NCBI GenBank assembly: GCA_030141605.1
Contig: JAQGDQ010000003.1
Coordinates: 1,488,001-1,552,000 of the forward strand
Source of the DNA: Tubiluchus corallicola
Taxonomy: Eukaryota; Animalia; Priapulida
Length of the DNA: 64,000 nucleotides
Direction of reading: 5' to 3'
Below the pieces are notes generated by a model, which worked only from the letters and a program-made list of their open reading frames with translations, searched no databases and was not told where the DNA came from. A program made the translations under genes and the position numbers. Positions 12,301 to 27,300 of this stretch are shown in pieces (within the stretch, counting starts at the first letter, position 1; each line of letters opens with the position of its first letter).

Positions 12301-15300
12301 AACTCAAATCCTAATCTGCTTCATGAACTAATTTTTTGTGTGTGAGAAATTGTAAGCTTTAGCCCCCCGCATACTTTAAACACTTCTACATTGTTTTTTT
12401 GCAGTCTTTATTCTTTATTGTTTGGTATATTTATGCATGATATGCAATAGATGAAAAAAATTATTAGTAAGCTTGAGAAAATTTTAGTGTGGTGTAACTG
12501 GTGCCTTGCACTACACTCCCTTATTATTGCAAACAAGGTTTAACTTTCTGTTTCTTGGTTATTCCTGCTTTTTAAATGTCTCTGTGCCACGTTGCCTAGA
12601 CCCGGTCAAAAATGTCAAAGAATGATCTTTTTTGCATTTTTCAAAGGATAAACTTCTAAGAGAACAGTGGATTATTAGATGTGATCAATGAGAAAAGCAC
12701 TGGATACTAAGTTAGCATAACAGAGTTTGTTCCTTTTACTGACGTCGATTACGTGAGGCTCGAAAGGAAAAGAAAACTAAAACCTACTGCTGTTCCTTTT
12801 ACTCAGTGGTTGAATAGTAGACATGGATATTATAATCATTTAATTAATTTGTGCAAAAGCCAAAAGATGTTCAAGCACTAAAGTGTGCTTGCGAAAATGT
12901 AAGCTCAAATACAGTAATAGTAATACTAAAACAATCATTATCATTTTCAAAAATGCTGGAAAATTGCGCTCTAAATGTAGTTTTCCTGAAATTTAGCCAG
13001 AAAGGTTAATTATTATCTTTAATTACTGTGCAAGTGTTAACCAGAAAGTTGTGGTTAGCAGCTTACTTGCAGAACACAGATTTGATTTGCGAGAGTACTA
13101 GGCACCATATCATTCAAGTAGTAGCTTCATGGAACACCATACAGGTCTCGTAGTTGCTGTTTAATAAGTAAATTGATTGCTTCCTTACTTAACGTATTCC
13201 AAGATTATTTTGGCCATCTCTGATGGTCGTCTGATGTAATTTCTGTAAATTCAGCAAGGAAAATTCTGATATAATGACATTTTATTTGTGTTTTACCACA
13301 TATGCGCGTATTTTATGAAATGTGCTAGAGTTACCAGTGACATCACACCATAACTAATACAACTTATTTTTGCTTATATAAGGTTTTCTCTCAGCTTTGA
13401 ATATGATGTGGTTATCAACATTGTCTAAATTATGCTTTGACAACCAGTTATATTTTGCCTTCTGCACTGCTTTAAAACTCATGTATTACTTTTTTTATAT
13501 GAATTGTGCCTATATTCAATCACTACCTTATACTGTTACTTCATTTTATGTTCTGACTGTAAAACTGTTTGTGATGCTTGTGCATACCTGATTGTAAAGC
13601 TGTCTCAGATACATAACTTTTGATGCAAATTCGTTTATATATGTTTTGGATAGACTGTCCGCCATTAAGTTTGAGTCCTAACCACAGAGTCAGTACCTTA
13701 GATCGCAGACTCTTTACTACAGTAGGCATTGGGTGTGCACCAGGATTTCATTTAAGCAGAGGTGGTGGCTTGATGTCTGTGCAGTGCCTTCCTGGTGGGA
13801 AATGGAATGTTACAGACGTACCCCAATGTGAAGGTAAAGCATCGTTCATTCAAGTATAGCAGTATATATAAATTGTGATATTGTGAAATAAACTTGACCA
13901 TTATGAATCTTTTTAAATTCTGACCTTAAACAAGAACTTTGAAAGGTCTAAGGGGATAAAGAAACAGTTTGCAATCCATGTGGTTAGTAAATTAGTTCCC
14001 ATGAAACTTTGATATTGTTTCAAAAAGTAATTGATGGAAAGATGTGGTGTAGATTTAAATATGTTAAGCAAGTAACATGTTCAATATATTTGATTTGCAG
14101 TACATGATTTGTTTTATTTGTTTCATACATTATTTGCTAGTTTGGAAAAATATTTTGCCATCCTTATTGCTAGTTAGGTGATAAAGAAACAACATTCACA
14201 TGTAGTGTATCTGTTAATTGTGTATTACATTTTCCCTTACAAGAGAGTACAGTAAGCTTCCTTAAGTTATTTGACATCTAACAAATGAGATTTAAAATCA
14301 TGATATGGTATCAACCTCATTTTGCCGTTTGCCGCTTTTTGTAGCATTTTTTGATATCAATTTAGTTAGTCCTAATGTTATGCTACAGTTGCACTGCCCA
14401 GGTTTTATTTAATTTACTGATTTTATAAAATAATTTGCAGGAAATTACTGTGGACCTGTTCCTCGACTTCGCAATGCTGACATCATCGCCGCTACTAATG
14501 TTACTTTTGGAGGAGTAGCCACATACCATTGCCACACTCACCATGTGTTTCCAGATGGTACCATTGTCATGCATGCCATGTGTACTGAAGCTGGTGTTTG
14601 GGAGGAAATTGACGACTGTTTTGGTGAGTGGCATTTTTTAAAGAATTTATTGATCACTCATATTATATAAAATACACTTTTCATATCATACATTTTTTCT
14701 GTTGTACTATTTTTCTGTTGGAAACTGATTTTCCCAAATCTGTTTGGGAGACAGTCAGTCCCCGGGCTGGTTCTGTGCTTTTGTGTACACCGCTCTAATA
14801 GAGCTTCCTATCTCTTCATATAAGCCACATCCAGGATTTTTTTCACAAAATAATGGTAAAAAACATTTTTTTCAGTGTTGTTTCCTTTTTCAGATTTCAA
14901 CAGAAGTTTAGCATTAAAATTTTTACATTTTTTCTATATCTTCTCTTAATCAGAACTCCTTCCTTTTTGCTTAATACCATATCTTAATGTTAAAGTTTTG
15001 TACACGTACTTATTTTGAGTACTTTTAACTGCCATTTCTAAGCATAAAGGAAGAAGTGACATAGATTTGTATGCATTGATATTTCAGCATATGAGAATTG
15101 CAATCTAACTCCAACAATTTCTGACGGTCGTGCAGTACCGGTGTTTGGTAATGGAACAGCAGCCAGTTCTATAGTGAGATACGAATGTGATGCTGGTTTT
15201 GATTTAATTGGTATTCCCGTGACGCGATGTTTGCCTAATGGCCAGTGGTCTTCTGACCCACCACAATGTTTGGGTATGCAAATGAAATAATGATTAGTAA

Positions 15301-18300
15301 ACTTTGTGTAATTCTCAGAACTAGGGTAGTGATCATGGGAATGATGAAGAGTACCTTAGTCATATTTTTCTATGTTAATTGTTTAAGTAAGCTTAAGTTG
15401 CATTTTTGTATGCATAAAAGTGAATGGTTTGCCGAAATTGAATTAAATTTGTAAAATAAAATAGTGAAAGAAAAAAGATAAAGGAACATTCAGTAATGTT
15501 TGCAAAAGAGCAATGACATTAACCAGAATACTAATTTACTCGAAATTAGTATTAAATCAGACAGTTGGCTGACTATTAACTGATTTATGTTGTTATTGCC
15601 TGAAAGAATCACCGAGTTGAAGAACTGAACGGAGAGCTTTTTAAGTTCTGCTTAGATAGGTTAATCATTACAATACCAGATCATCTCTTTCAAATCTAAT
15701 ATTTTCACTGTTTGCTAGCTTGTCTGAAATACTTTTTAAATTATGGTCAAGCCTAGGTTACTACAGGACCTGTTTCTTCTCGACAGAACTAGTATAGATT
15801 GGGAAAATTATGGTATAGTATAATTTTATTGGTCAATATTTACCACTTTTGTGTACTTTAACATTTCCTTATCTTTTTTCCCAGAAATGTGCACAACCTA
15901 TTTAAGATGATTCTCATAACAATTTTGTAATGATGTATATAATTATTGACTCCAGGCAGTAAAAACATGTTACTAAGTGAGTATCGTTTCAGGAGCTGTT
16001 TGTGTCGATATTCCTTTGATTGCCAATGGCCATTTCTCTCGACCTCCGCCTTGGTACGTTCGTGAGGAAATTACTGTAAAATGTAATCTGGGGTACCACA
16101 TTAGCCATGAACAAGTAGATTATACATTTAAGGCTTGTCAAAGTAACGAACAGCATCATGGGTGTATAGGTTTGTACAATGAATTTGCTGTTTTTTCATT
16201 TTTTCATTTCCAGCTTTTGAACTTTGTCACAAGATTGATCGAAGGGTCTTTTTCGGTAACTTGGAACTAACTTTGTATAAACAATTAAACGTTAAAAATT
16301 GATTACTAAAACTTACCCCAAACAATGCTCTCAATTTTAATAATCAGTAGTACTATTATCAAAAAAAATTTTGGCTGACGCTTTCAAAAATGTTTTATAA
16401 AACGAGCATTCAGTTATTTTAGCATGCTGGCAATGCCCACTTCACTCTTTAACAGAATGAAATGTGATTACTGACATCTTACCTAAAGGAAATACTGATA
16501 GGATGTTACTATGAATACATGGAAGCTTTCACATTTTATTTATGGCACTTTGGTAATGAATTTGTGGGGATTGTTAAACCTTGTTAATTGCCTAGGAAGA
16601 ACTAAATAATATGAAAACAACTTAGACTCCTATAAAGGAAATATACAGGTCATAGAAAAGTTGACAGCATGCATTATAAATAAATACTTAGTAGCTGATT
16701 TTGTACTGAGTTACTTTCAGTCTTAATTTTTACATTTTGCCCACTACAAATATGCTCAGAGTAACGTGTTCCTTGATAACATATTATTACAAATACGTTT
16801 AGGGGGTTCTTTGGCCACTTTTATTAAAGAAAAACTGTGGCCTAAGTTTAGACTTTTAGGTTTCAAACAAATTGCAAATGAAAATTGTTTTTGCACACAT
16901 ATTTATAGTCTCTTGCTATTGGCAATGGCTACAAATATAATCAGTCTTTTTAATCATAGATAATCATAAAGCACACAGCTTTGTTTTTCTTTTAGCGTAT
17001 TTGTATATTTTGATTCTTTATAAGATGTTAGTAGTAATTGTAACAACATTAGTTGTCATCAGTGCACCTCTCTAGTGCACCAGCGGCTTTGCCTCTGCCA
17101 CATATTTCACAGGCTATCTACAAAATTACTTGTCAAGCTGTCAATTGGAAATTAACATTATTGTCATATTGGCCTTGTGAAGGAAACCGTTTCATTGTTT
17201 GGTGAACAGTATGTTAACTCTGTGTCTTTTTTGTGTGCATGTTCTGAGACTAGTTATTATTTTTTTTTAAGAGACTAGACATTTTTTTTATTATTTTATA
17301 GAAAATATCTCAGAATTTCTAAATGGCTAGCTACATACACCAATTTAAAACACTTAAGTTATTCGCTATATTATATTTGTTTTGCCTGCTTATGTAATTG
17401 TTTTTATCAAGGATTTTAATGCTACCTATTTTCGTGCTTATAGATTTGAATGAGTGTCGTATAGATAGCCCATGTGATGAAGACACTACTACTTGCATTA
17501 ACACTGAGGGTAGTTATGAGTGCAAATGCAGGCCAGGTTACCAGTCTATATTAGGTAAGTTTTATTTTTGAAATGAGCACAGAATGTAATTCCAGGGAAA
17601 AAGGTTAAAATAAGAAATGTCTGTAAAGCATTAAAGCAAAAGCCAAGTCTCTTGGTCTAATGAGCTCATTTTAATATTTGAAAAAAATGTTAGAAAACTT
17701 CAGCAATGAAAGTGTGACAAATGCCTTGTGTATTTTATTTATGTATTCACACCTGGGCACGTTCATTTTGAATGAAAAATGACATCATCGACTTACCGTG
17801 CAGTATAAACACTTGTCCCGCTTGGTGTTTGAGCAAACTTCTTGGAGCTGCAGTTACTATTATCAACTACAAACAATCTAAAATGTTAGATGAGAGAGTA
17901 TTAATGCTATTGTTTGCTTTTTTATGAATCCTGTTGCCCACTGTGTAAGGAAAACCAGTTACCTGTAATAAATGGTAATCTCCAAATCAGCTAGTTAACA
18001 CCGACAAAGAGCAAAATAATTATTTTAACAAGCTAAAACTGAACTCTATAAGCTAAGCAAACCGCCCTGCACCTTCTGTTTGCTCACAGCCTTGCGGAAT
18101 TACATGTTTATCTGTAATTGTTTTATCATGTGTATTACTTACATATTTTGAGTTATAATCCTGTGGATTAAAACCATGTAAGCACTTTAAAGGTGTTGTT
18201 AATTGATCCACTGAATAATTTTTACAAGAACACTGTTAAACACAAAAGGTTTATTCAGCTAGCCTAGAATTGCAGTTTCTGAATGAATTGCAATATTTTG

Positions 18301-21300
18301 TTACGTGTGCCTTCATGCTGTCCACAATGCAGGCACCATAATTTTTTCAAATACAATGATGTGCAAACCTCATAAAATTAAACATGACAATTTTTAATTG
18401 ATCATTTTACTGGTGTGTTTTGTTTTAGAATGTGGTTCATATAAGTTTTCGCAGAATGTTGGCTTATATACTCCTGATCGTCTTTTTGTTTCCGGGGATG
18501 ATGGCCTACACACCAAAGTCGTAAGCAAACTCTTTGCTTTCTTGCTTTATATGCCTGTTATGTTTTACCGAGTTATTATAGTTCCACTTTAATGAAGAGG
18601 AATTGAAATTCATTGTCAGCATTATCTGAGAATGATGGTAAATGTAATGTGGTCAATCAGTATATGTCATATTGTGACTGATAATTTTCATATGAATTTG
18701 TTGTTTTCTGCTCTTAAAAGCTACCTATAATTGTAATTACATTGAAGTTGATTATATTGCTATTCCAGGACATAGGAGTAACAAGTGCTTATGGATGGTG
18801 TGCACAACAGTACGGCATCAAATCTGTGACTGTAAGTTTACATTTTATGTTAATGCTTGTACCATTCATTGAAATTGTCAGCAGTTTCTTGAATTTTGAA
18901 ATACTCAGCAACTAGGTATATTTTTTTAAATGTATGAAGAATTGTTTGCTAGTTTTAAATGTGATAAATAATTTTGTATTGCAGGTAGATTTAATGGCGC
19001 CAGTCATAGTAGATGAAATCCAATTAATGTCTGGTCATCGAAGAGATGGAACTGTTGGTTATGCATCTTTATTCTCACTACATTATAGCAATGATAATGT
19101 TAAATTCACACCAACGGTGAACGTTACAACATCACAGGTATTCGTTGCCTACAAGTTCAACAAATTTTTAAGCAAAATGGCTGAAAAATAACTAGAAAAC
19201 AGAAAGCAATGATGGCATGTTATAGCTACTAGGGATGCAGAATGTGTTTTTTTATGTTTTTTGTCACAGATTCTTTTCTGATATGACAGTTTTTCACAAT
19301 TATTTGAAGTGACTTTCAGTAATGCATTAATCACTAAATAACTGAATTGAAAATCTAAGTAAACTGCCTCTGATTAATCTTTTTTCTTTCATCTCGCAAG
19401 AAATTTTCCAAAGTATGAGTAAATACTTTATGCACCCATTACGCTGTTCCCATTCAACAGTTGATTTCATTACAAGAGAGATGCTCTGAGAAATAATGAC
19501 TTTTATAAGTTTAAATTTCACTGTATCTTTATCATCACTGGCATTGCTGTTATAGCTTAGCAAATGAGGAAATCCACTAGGTTAATTCAATCTAAAACTG
19601 AAATGCTTGGCATCTTTAGTTTTAATGTAAACATGTTGAATATATCACAGCACTGCAAGTGCTGTGATAGTGATATATATTTTTATACAGTTTAACACAC
19701 TGCAAATTGATCGACCACATGTCAAGGCTTGCATATATTTGTGTCATGACCAGAACTTAGTTTTTATCAAAGGGGCATCTTCTAAAATGAGACATTAGAG
19801 TGGCAGATAGTTGTAGTTGTAACCACGGTCAGATATGTATGTATCCTCCCACCACAGTTTTCTGGTCAGTCACTCATCTATTTACTTTTCATACTTGTGT
19901 TGCTTGGCTAAGTTGCTAAGTACAAACTGTGAGCAGCTCTTCCCCTTGCACTTGAATGCCAGAATTTTGCAAATTTAGTGTCATATTCTTCATCAATACT
20001 AACAGCCTGATTATCTAACATTCATATGTTGCTAATACACAGAAATGCTTTGCGTTTTGGAAAAGTTTCAATTCAAAAATGTGAAAATTATGTAACTTGT
20101 CCAAATTGTGCTGCTGCAGGTGGCATTTTATGTTTTTTGTGAAAGTTTTAGGTGTTGTACTTAAAGATTATGACAATGATCTTGTTGCACTTTTGTTTGC
20201 AGACCTTTGTTATTATTGGCTTGTTGGATGGCCAGGAAGGGAGTTTCATAAGTTTGCCTCAACCTATAGAAGGTCGATACATTAAGTTTGTGATTGAAGA
20301 CTATATTGGCTATCCTTGTCTGCGATTAGATTATATTGGTTGTCGCAAGAAATCATGTAGCAGTAAGTACATTTGCTTTGTCTATTTGTATATGTCACTA
20401 TAATGAAAAAACTTAATGTTACAGTCATTAGCTCAGAAACCGTCCGCCAGTTGTCAACTAAAAAGTCATACCAGCTTGAATAGCTCAAATTAATTGTACT
20501 AGTTAATAATAGTTACTAAGTGACTCTTTCGTTTGCTTTCAGTTTTCATAGATTCCGTTGCTTTGTTGTACTTAATAATACTCTGTTAGTAATAATCTAG
20601 CAATAATGCTCAGAATAACGCCCAGCAATCATAATATTTAATTAGCAAAGGCTCCATGAAGTTGTGTTTTTTGCCTATTTGTTATGTTAATGGTGGTTCA
20701 TACAGACAGGCTTGATAAGCCAGGTTCATGGGTAAGCTTCCCTTAAGTATTGTACTAAAGGCTTTTACCACTCCAATGGTTATAAAATGATGTAAACTTG
20801 CCAATCTTTGTGTCATATTATGAAGTTTACTTTCAGAGTGTCTTGATATCTGGGGTTGAGACGGTTTTGTTGTTCATTTAGGTATAATTGTAAACAAAGT
20901 TTATTTCATTCTAGCAAGCCGAAGCTGTAATATAGACAATGGCGAATGTGACCAACTCTGTGAAACTGATGTGAATGGTATTAAGTGTGCTTGTACTCCT
21001 GGCTATGCATTATATACATTTAATGGTACAGAGGGACATTATCTTCCGCCAGGCGAAACTGGGTTCAAGGATCAGGATCAGTATAGAATTGGACGTTCTT
21101 GTGTTCGTAAGCAATTTTTAAGTTGCTTGTTGGTATTTTTTGTTGCATGGAAAAGCTATTGGAAAAAAATGACAAAACTGGTCTGCTATTTAAAAATCAA
21201 TAAGCTGGTGTTGTCTGGACTGAGCCTACACAATTTCATTAAATAATGACAGAAAAACAACAAAAGAGGTTTGAGTTTTGTGGAGGAGGCCTCAGGCTAG

Positions 21301-24300
21301 TGTCATGAATACTTAAACATATTTTTGATTACTATGATCTAATAGGTGTAGCTTTTGTTGGATTTAATTCTGCAATAGCAATTATTATTTAGGACGTTCT
21401 TGTGGGACAGCTCTTATATCTCACTTGGACAATGGAGCCGTGCTTGGCATGTCATCGAATTACAGATTTGGTGACCGCATATTCTTCCAGTGTGATATAG
21501 GTTATCGGTGGGAAGGCAACGATTACATTGAGTGTGGTCCAGACGGAAGATGGCTGGGTGAAATTCCTGTGTGTGAAGGTACAGAGACATTGCATCATAA
21601 ATGTTTGCAGCAGCATCCACCAACAGAAGAGTTCTGAAATTTTACAGTGTATTGAAAAAACGAAATACATAACGATAGGCAACTTTCATCATTTCCCTTT
21701 CAAGACATTTTGATTGAATGAAAGACTTGTCAGTTTATTCATAATGTTCTTCACTAAAGGAAACCTGACTTCGGCAAAATCTGTCCTGTTGAGTCTGCAG
21801 TAGTTTTCAGGTTTTGGATGCATTAAATTCCACTGTGTGTTTTTTTATTTTTGAAAGTCAATTTACTTCAAAAATCATTTAACTGAATTTAAAGACATTG
21901 TCCTCTCTACTCTATACTTACACTCTATAATGTGTGGCCTTATTTTATACTCATTTTGAAGACACGTTGATCTGGTTTTATAATCTAACTACTATGGTAT
22001 AGTTTTCTGTTAGGTGAACATGCATATCAATTACAAATTTTTGAAGCTTTTGTTAACGCTTACTTGAATTAAATGAAAGTGCTGGTAGCAATTTATGAAA
22101 GCAAACTTTTTCTAAAATGGTTTTTCTGTTTCTCACAGCTGCTTCGTGTTTAAATTACAATAATGAGAATGGGATTGTTGTTTCACCTGCAGCATCAAGA
22201 ATAAAATATGGAGAACAGGTAAGAGCTCACGTTGCCTTTTAATAAATTTTCCGTAGGTTTACCCATTTATGAGAGGAGCTATACTTAAGTCTATAGAGTG
22301 CAAAACAGTAAAGGAGAGGAGCAAGGGTTTCTTTTGCTTCAGAAATTTTACATTTTATTATATTCAGCCTCATTGAGGAGTATGATCGAAGCAGCAGCTG
22401 AAGAAGTTAAGATCCTCCGATACATTTTGCAGATGTCTCACAAGCTTATCTGCTGAATACTGACTGGCAAGGTTGATGTCCGTTGAACGTCTATGCAATT
22501 AAGTTCGATCTAAAAAAATTAATCCCTGAGTTTTCAGGCCTGTGCTCAGATCATACTTCTTAAGATTTCAGGTTGTGTGAAAGGGAGACTTTAAGACTAA
22601 ATTTCGAGGGCAAGATGGAGACCCTATTGTTTCAGCAATACTTAGATGTAATATTTTATTCTACTATTACTGTGTATGGCTATGTACTACCCTCTATTAG
22701 TTGGCTAAATATCATCAATGGCCAGTAGGCCAAGATGAGTGTATTCTGAGACAATCCAGTTTGTGCTCAGTATTTTGTTAATGTGGATCTGGTTGTTGTA
22801 ATACATAAAATCTTAATAAAGATGATGTGCTCAGCAGTTTATTAGTAGCATATCTAAACTACAGCATCTGCTATCTGTTTGTATGAAACTTTTGTTTTAA
22901 TTTACATGGTACATTTATCAACTAACTCAAACTGCATTTCCAAACTTAGTTTTTTTTCTACCTTAACTATACTACAACTGAAGATACATTTTTTCAGGTC
23001 AAGCTGTCTTGTGAAGAAGAAGGGTTTATTTTAGGTCTTGGTACAGCATTTAGTGATTTGAGAATTTGTGTATTTGATCCACGCCCTGCTTATCCTGATT
23101 ACTGGCTAGCTGGACCTTTGGCAAGATGTTCACGTAAGACACGAAACGTTCTTAATATTTGTTATTACGCTACAGCACTCTTAACTCAAACTCCTCTGAA
23201 CTCACATATTTCCAGTTAGGCCAAGATGTAGAAAATGTGAAGGCACGTAAGTAATCAAACAAATGCATGACAGGCAAAGACTAATAACACAGAAATAACT
23301 CTTCATGGCTATAATTAAAACAAAATTAAAAATTCTATAACAAAGAAATTGAAGAGACGTAACACCAAGTAAAAAATAAATAAAAAGCATAAAAGCTGAA
23401 TGCAAGTTATATGAATTTCGTAATTTGTAACAGTTACTGATTGAGCACAGATTAAAAAACAGGATAAAAAACCTTAAAAGGTATAGGATATCACTAATCC
23501 CATTCATGCTAGTAAGTAATTCCCTGTTACATAATTGTTGTGTTATTTGTATTTGTTTTTTCTGTGCTGTATGTATTCTGCTTAATTATGGGTTATGCTA
23601 TAAATTAAAGGATTGAACAAAGCATTATTCAGAAGTTTATATGTTTTTCTTTTTTTCATTTTAATATAGCAGTACACAGTGATGTATAGTAAAGTACTGC
23701 ATCTAGATTGATTACTAAAGGTGTTTTTTTAATAATAAGATTCTTTATTAAAAAGGAAGGCAAACTTTTTGAATAACCATTTTTGTGATGCTTTTCTGCT
23801 TGATAATTATTCTTGTGCATTTTTGTGATTGTCACAAATTTTTATTTTTATTTCAACTTATTCATTTAAGAACTTGATGTTGTTTTACACACATATCGGT
23901 TTTGTGACTTTACCACATATATCCAACAAACGTTAGCCAAAGATGAAAGAAAAATGGGAATTAATAAGATTGGCTTAAAATGGCATACATGTTTATTTGT
24001 TGTTAATTTAATTCTGTGATATATAGCTGTTGACTGTGGGACCCCGGATCTTCGAGACGGTTATTATCTGGAATTAGAACGTACAACTTATGGTTCAACT
24101 TTCATCTTTGAATGCAGAAATGACATGGAAATCAGAGGCAGCAGTTCTTTGGGTGGTAACATTGTCACCTGCCGAGCAAATGGGTTGTGGGATTATGGTA
24201 ACTTACATTGTGCAGGTATGTGTAAATATGGTTTATAGAAGCTCAAGTTATGGAAATAACATACTTTTACGTTATTTTTGTTCACTGCTGACCAATGCTA

Positions 24301-27300
24301 TCATCAATAAAGTGCTTTCTTTCACTAGTTTAGTTCAGCTTTTACTGAATTTGGCTTAGTGGTTGCATATTAAATTAACCTTGCTATTTTCCATATTTTT
24401 AAAAGTCCTAGTTGTTCCTTTAGGCACTGGTTGTACTGAGCCAAGTGTACCACTCGGTGGCAGACTGATAGCCACTTCCTATGATCTCGGTTCTATAGTT
24501 TATATTGAGTGTGATGTACCTGGATTTATTGCTGTACCCGATGTGTTGGAATGTGTCATGGATCCAGTTATAGGACCATTTCCGTTGTGGAATGATACTA
24601 GAATTCCTGCGTGCATTGGTATGTGATTTTGATATATCTTCTTTGTTATATGTATATGGAACTGTGCCTTAAATTTTGTAGTGTTTTTCTCTATTTGCCG
24701 ACACTTTGCAAGTTGTCATCTAGCTCTTGTTGTCAAACCAGCTAGGTTGCTACTAATGATGAATGGTTTTGGCAAGAACGAATTTATATCTTTATCAGAC
24801 ACAATCTACTAAGATAAGAGACCGAAATGGCAGTGGTGCCATAGCCTTCCACTGCAATTCCACATTTCAATGCATGTGCATCATTTCACGTCCTTTTCTA
24901 GGAATAGCCAAAACTTGTACAATGGAGGTACACCAAAAAGCAGTCACCAACCCATTTAACTAGCTAGACTGTAGATTGCATAGCTTTGATAGCAAACATG
25001 CACCATGATTACTAAGTTATTTCACTTGGCACTAAATGATGCTGTTGTCATTTGTTAAATATTACACAAACTGTTTTTTATAATTTGTGCAAATCTAATT
25101 GACTTCATGAGGCTGATGTTGAACAAGTAATTTGTTTCAATGTTTCTTCATATGTGTTCTAAGATAATATGGAAATTTTCATATTTTAATTTTTTGCTTC
25201 TAAAAAGTGATTTGTATTGTAGACGAGGAACCACCTGTATGGCATGACTGTCTCCAGGAACCTATATATGCAGACAGAGATGGCATTGTCACATTTTTTC
25301 CTCCTTATGTAACTGATAACAGCGGACAGCTGCATAACTACACTGTTGTCCCTCCTGTGTACCCACCTCAGAGCATTAGTGGCCCTATTGATGTGTTCTA
25401 CACAGCATTTGACAACTTTGGCAACTTTGGCACCTGCATTGTTGAGCTGCGGCACATTGGTAATCACTATTTTCTGTTAATTTTGCTTGCAAATTATGGT
25501 TTTTATTTTGCAGCAACATTGCTCTGCTGAAATCTTCTTAGTCAAACAAGAGTTATTCTGATTGTTTACATACCAATAGGTTGTTGTTTGCTCTATGATT
25601 TTGATACACTTTGTTATATGTTGTTTACTTTTTTTGTAAAATTTTGTCAGCTAAAATTTTACATTTTTACCTTGTATTATGTGAGCAGTCATCTAATATG
25701 TCAACTGTCCTCCATTTTTTAAATTATACAAGATGGGTGCAAGGTTGATGTCATGCTTAGCTGATTAAAAGAAAGTTTAAATGTAACGTAATTTAGTTGT
25801 TAGGTCAGCAAATTTTAATGCAATGGTGTCCACATTAAAATAGCTAATCTTGTCCAATTTGCAAGAAAAATAGCCAGTCTGGTAGTAGCCATATTATTTG
25901 TTTGCAGAAAAAGTTGTTAACAAAATCGTCGCTATTTTAAAACATTTGTTCTCTAAAATATGCTGTTTTATGCAAATATCTGTCTGATTTTGTAACTTAT
26001 CTAGTAACGATTATTATTTTTAGATTACTTATCTCCAGTTTTGATCTGTCCACCATCACTTATTCAACCACTGATAGCTGATGAACCTTATACATTAGAA
26101 TTCAATGAAGAGTCGTATCCTCCTCAACTGGTCTCAGATGATTCTGGACAGCCGGTGCAACTGACGTATGAACTCAATGCTTTTTATCTGTTTGTGGAAA
26201 TTTATTTACATACGATTGTTTAGTTTCTACAAACTAAAGAAACAATTTTACAAATAATTATGCAAATGACGTAGATGACAAATTTTACAAATTATATTTT
26301 ACTGCTCAACATCACGACATCTTTATTTCAAAAGAATTAAGCTACACCCTTACAGATTTTTACATTATACAGTGCCTGTGCTGCCAACTACTATTGAAGC
26401 TGGTCATGCAAGAGTGCGTAGAGTAAAGTTGTCACTCCCACTTGATGTCTATGCCGACATTTTGAAATTTTTGAAAAGTATAGATTCTAAGAAAAATCGC
26501 AGGAACACTTTAACATGAATGGCATGTAGGCTATATTAGCCTGTGTTACAAAACCCAAAAAGAGGGACACGGTATTATAATAATATCTAAGCAAACTAGC
26601 TTAGTAGTTTAACAATAACAACCCACTTAATCAGCTTCATTTGCACTTGTTATTTTTTACTTTTGTCCACAATGTTCTTATTTTGATTACCATAAGTGAA
26701 ATTAATTTTTTTATTGTTGTAGACTATTGATTGTTTTGCAGCAGATATTAGTTTTCTTTTCTCATAAGCAAGGAAGGTTTTTTTCTAGGTACATTCCACC
26801 AACTTTCACTGGAGTTGGCGAGGCTCTTATTTTTATCAATATCACTGGTACTGATTTTGCGGGTAACGTAGAAGAGTGCAGTTTCCAAGTCTATGTGCAA
26901 GGTTAGATAGTGTTTTACTGTTACATTAAAAGAACATTTGGTATATGCGAAGATCAAATTAAAATTTAAATTAAATGAATAAGCCATTAGCTAAGAACTG
27001 GATGATTTCTTTGGTTGGCAAGTAGTTTAAAGTAATTGCAAAATGGGTATAATCGTTTGAATTTTACAACTTTATAACTAAAGCTTAATAATAAAGCAAG
27101 TGTACGTTCTTTTGCTGTAAGATTTCCAGTCATCAGAATTTTACTTTGGTTACTGATTTGCTTTCCCTATTTCAGCTGAACCGTGCACTGTAGCGTCAGC
27201 ACCCCAACCTTTGTACAGCACACGAAACTGTGAACATGTAGATGATGATGGCATGGAATGCACTGTTGCATGCAATGACGGTTATTTATTTCCGGATACA

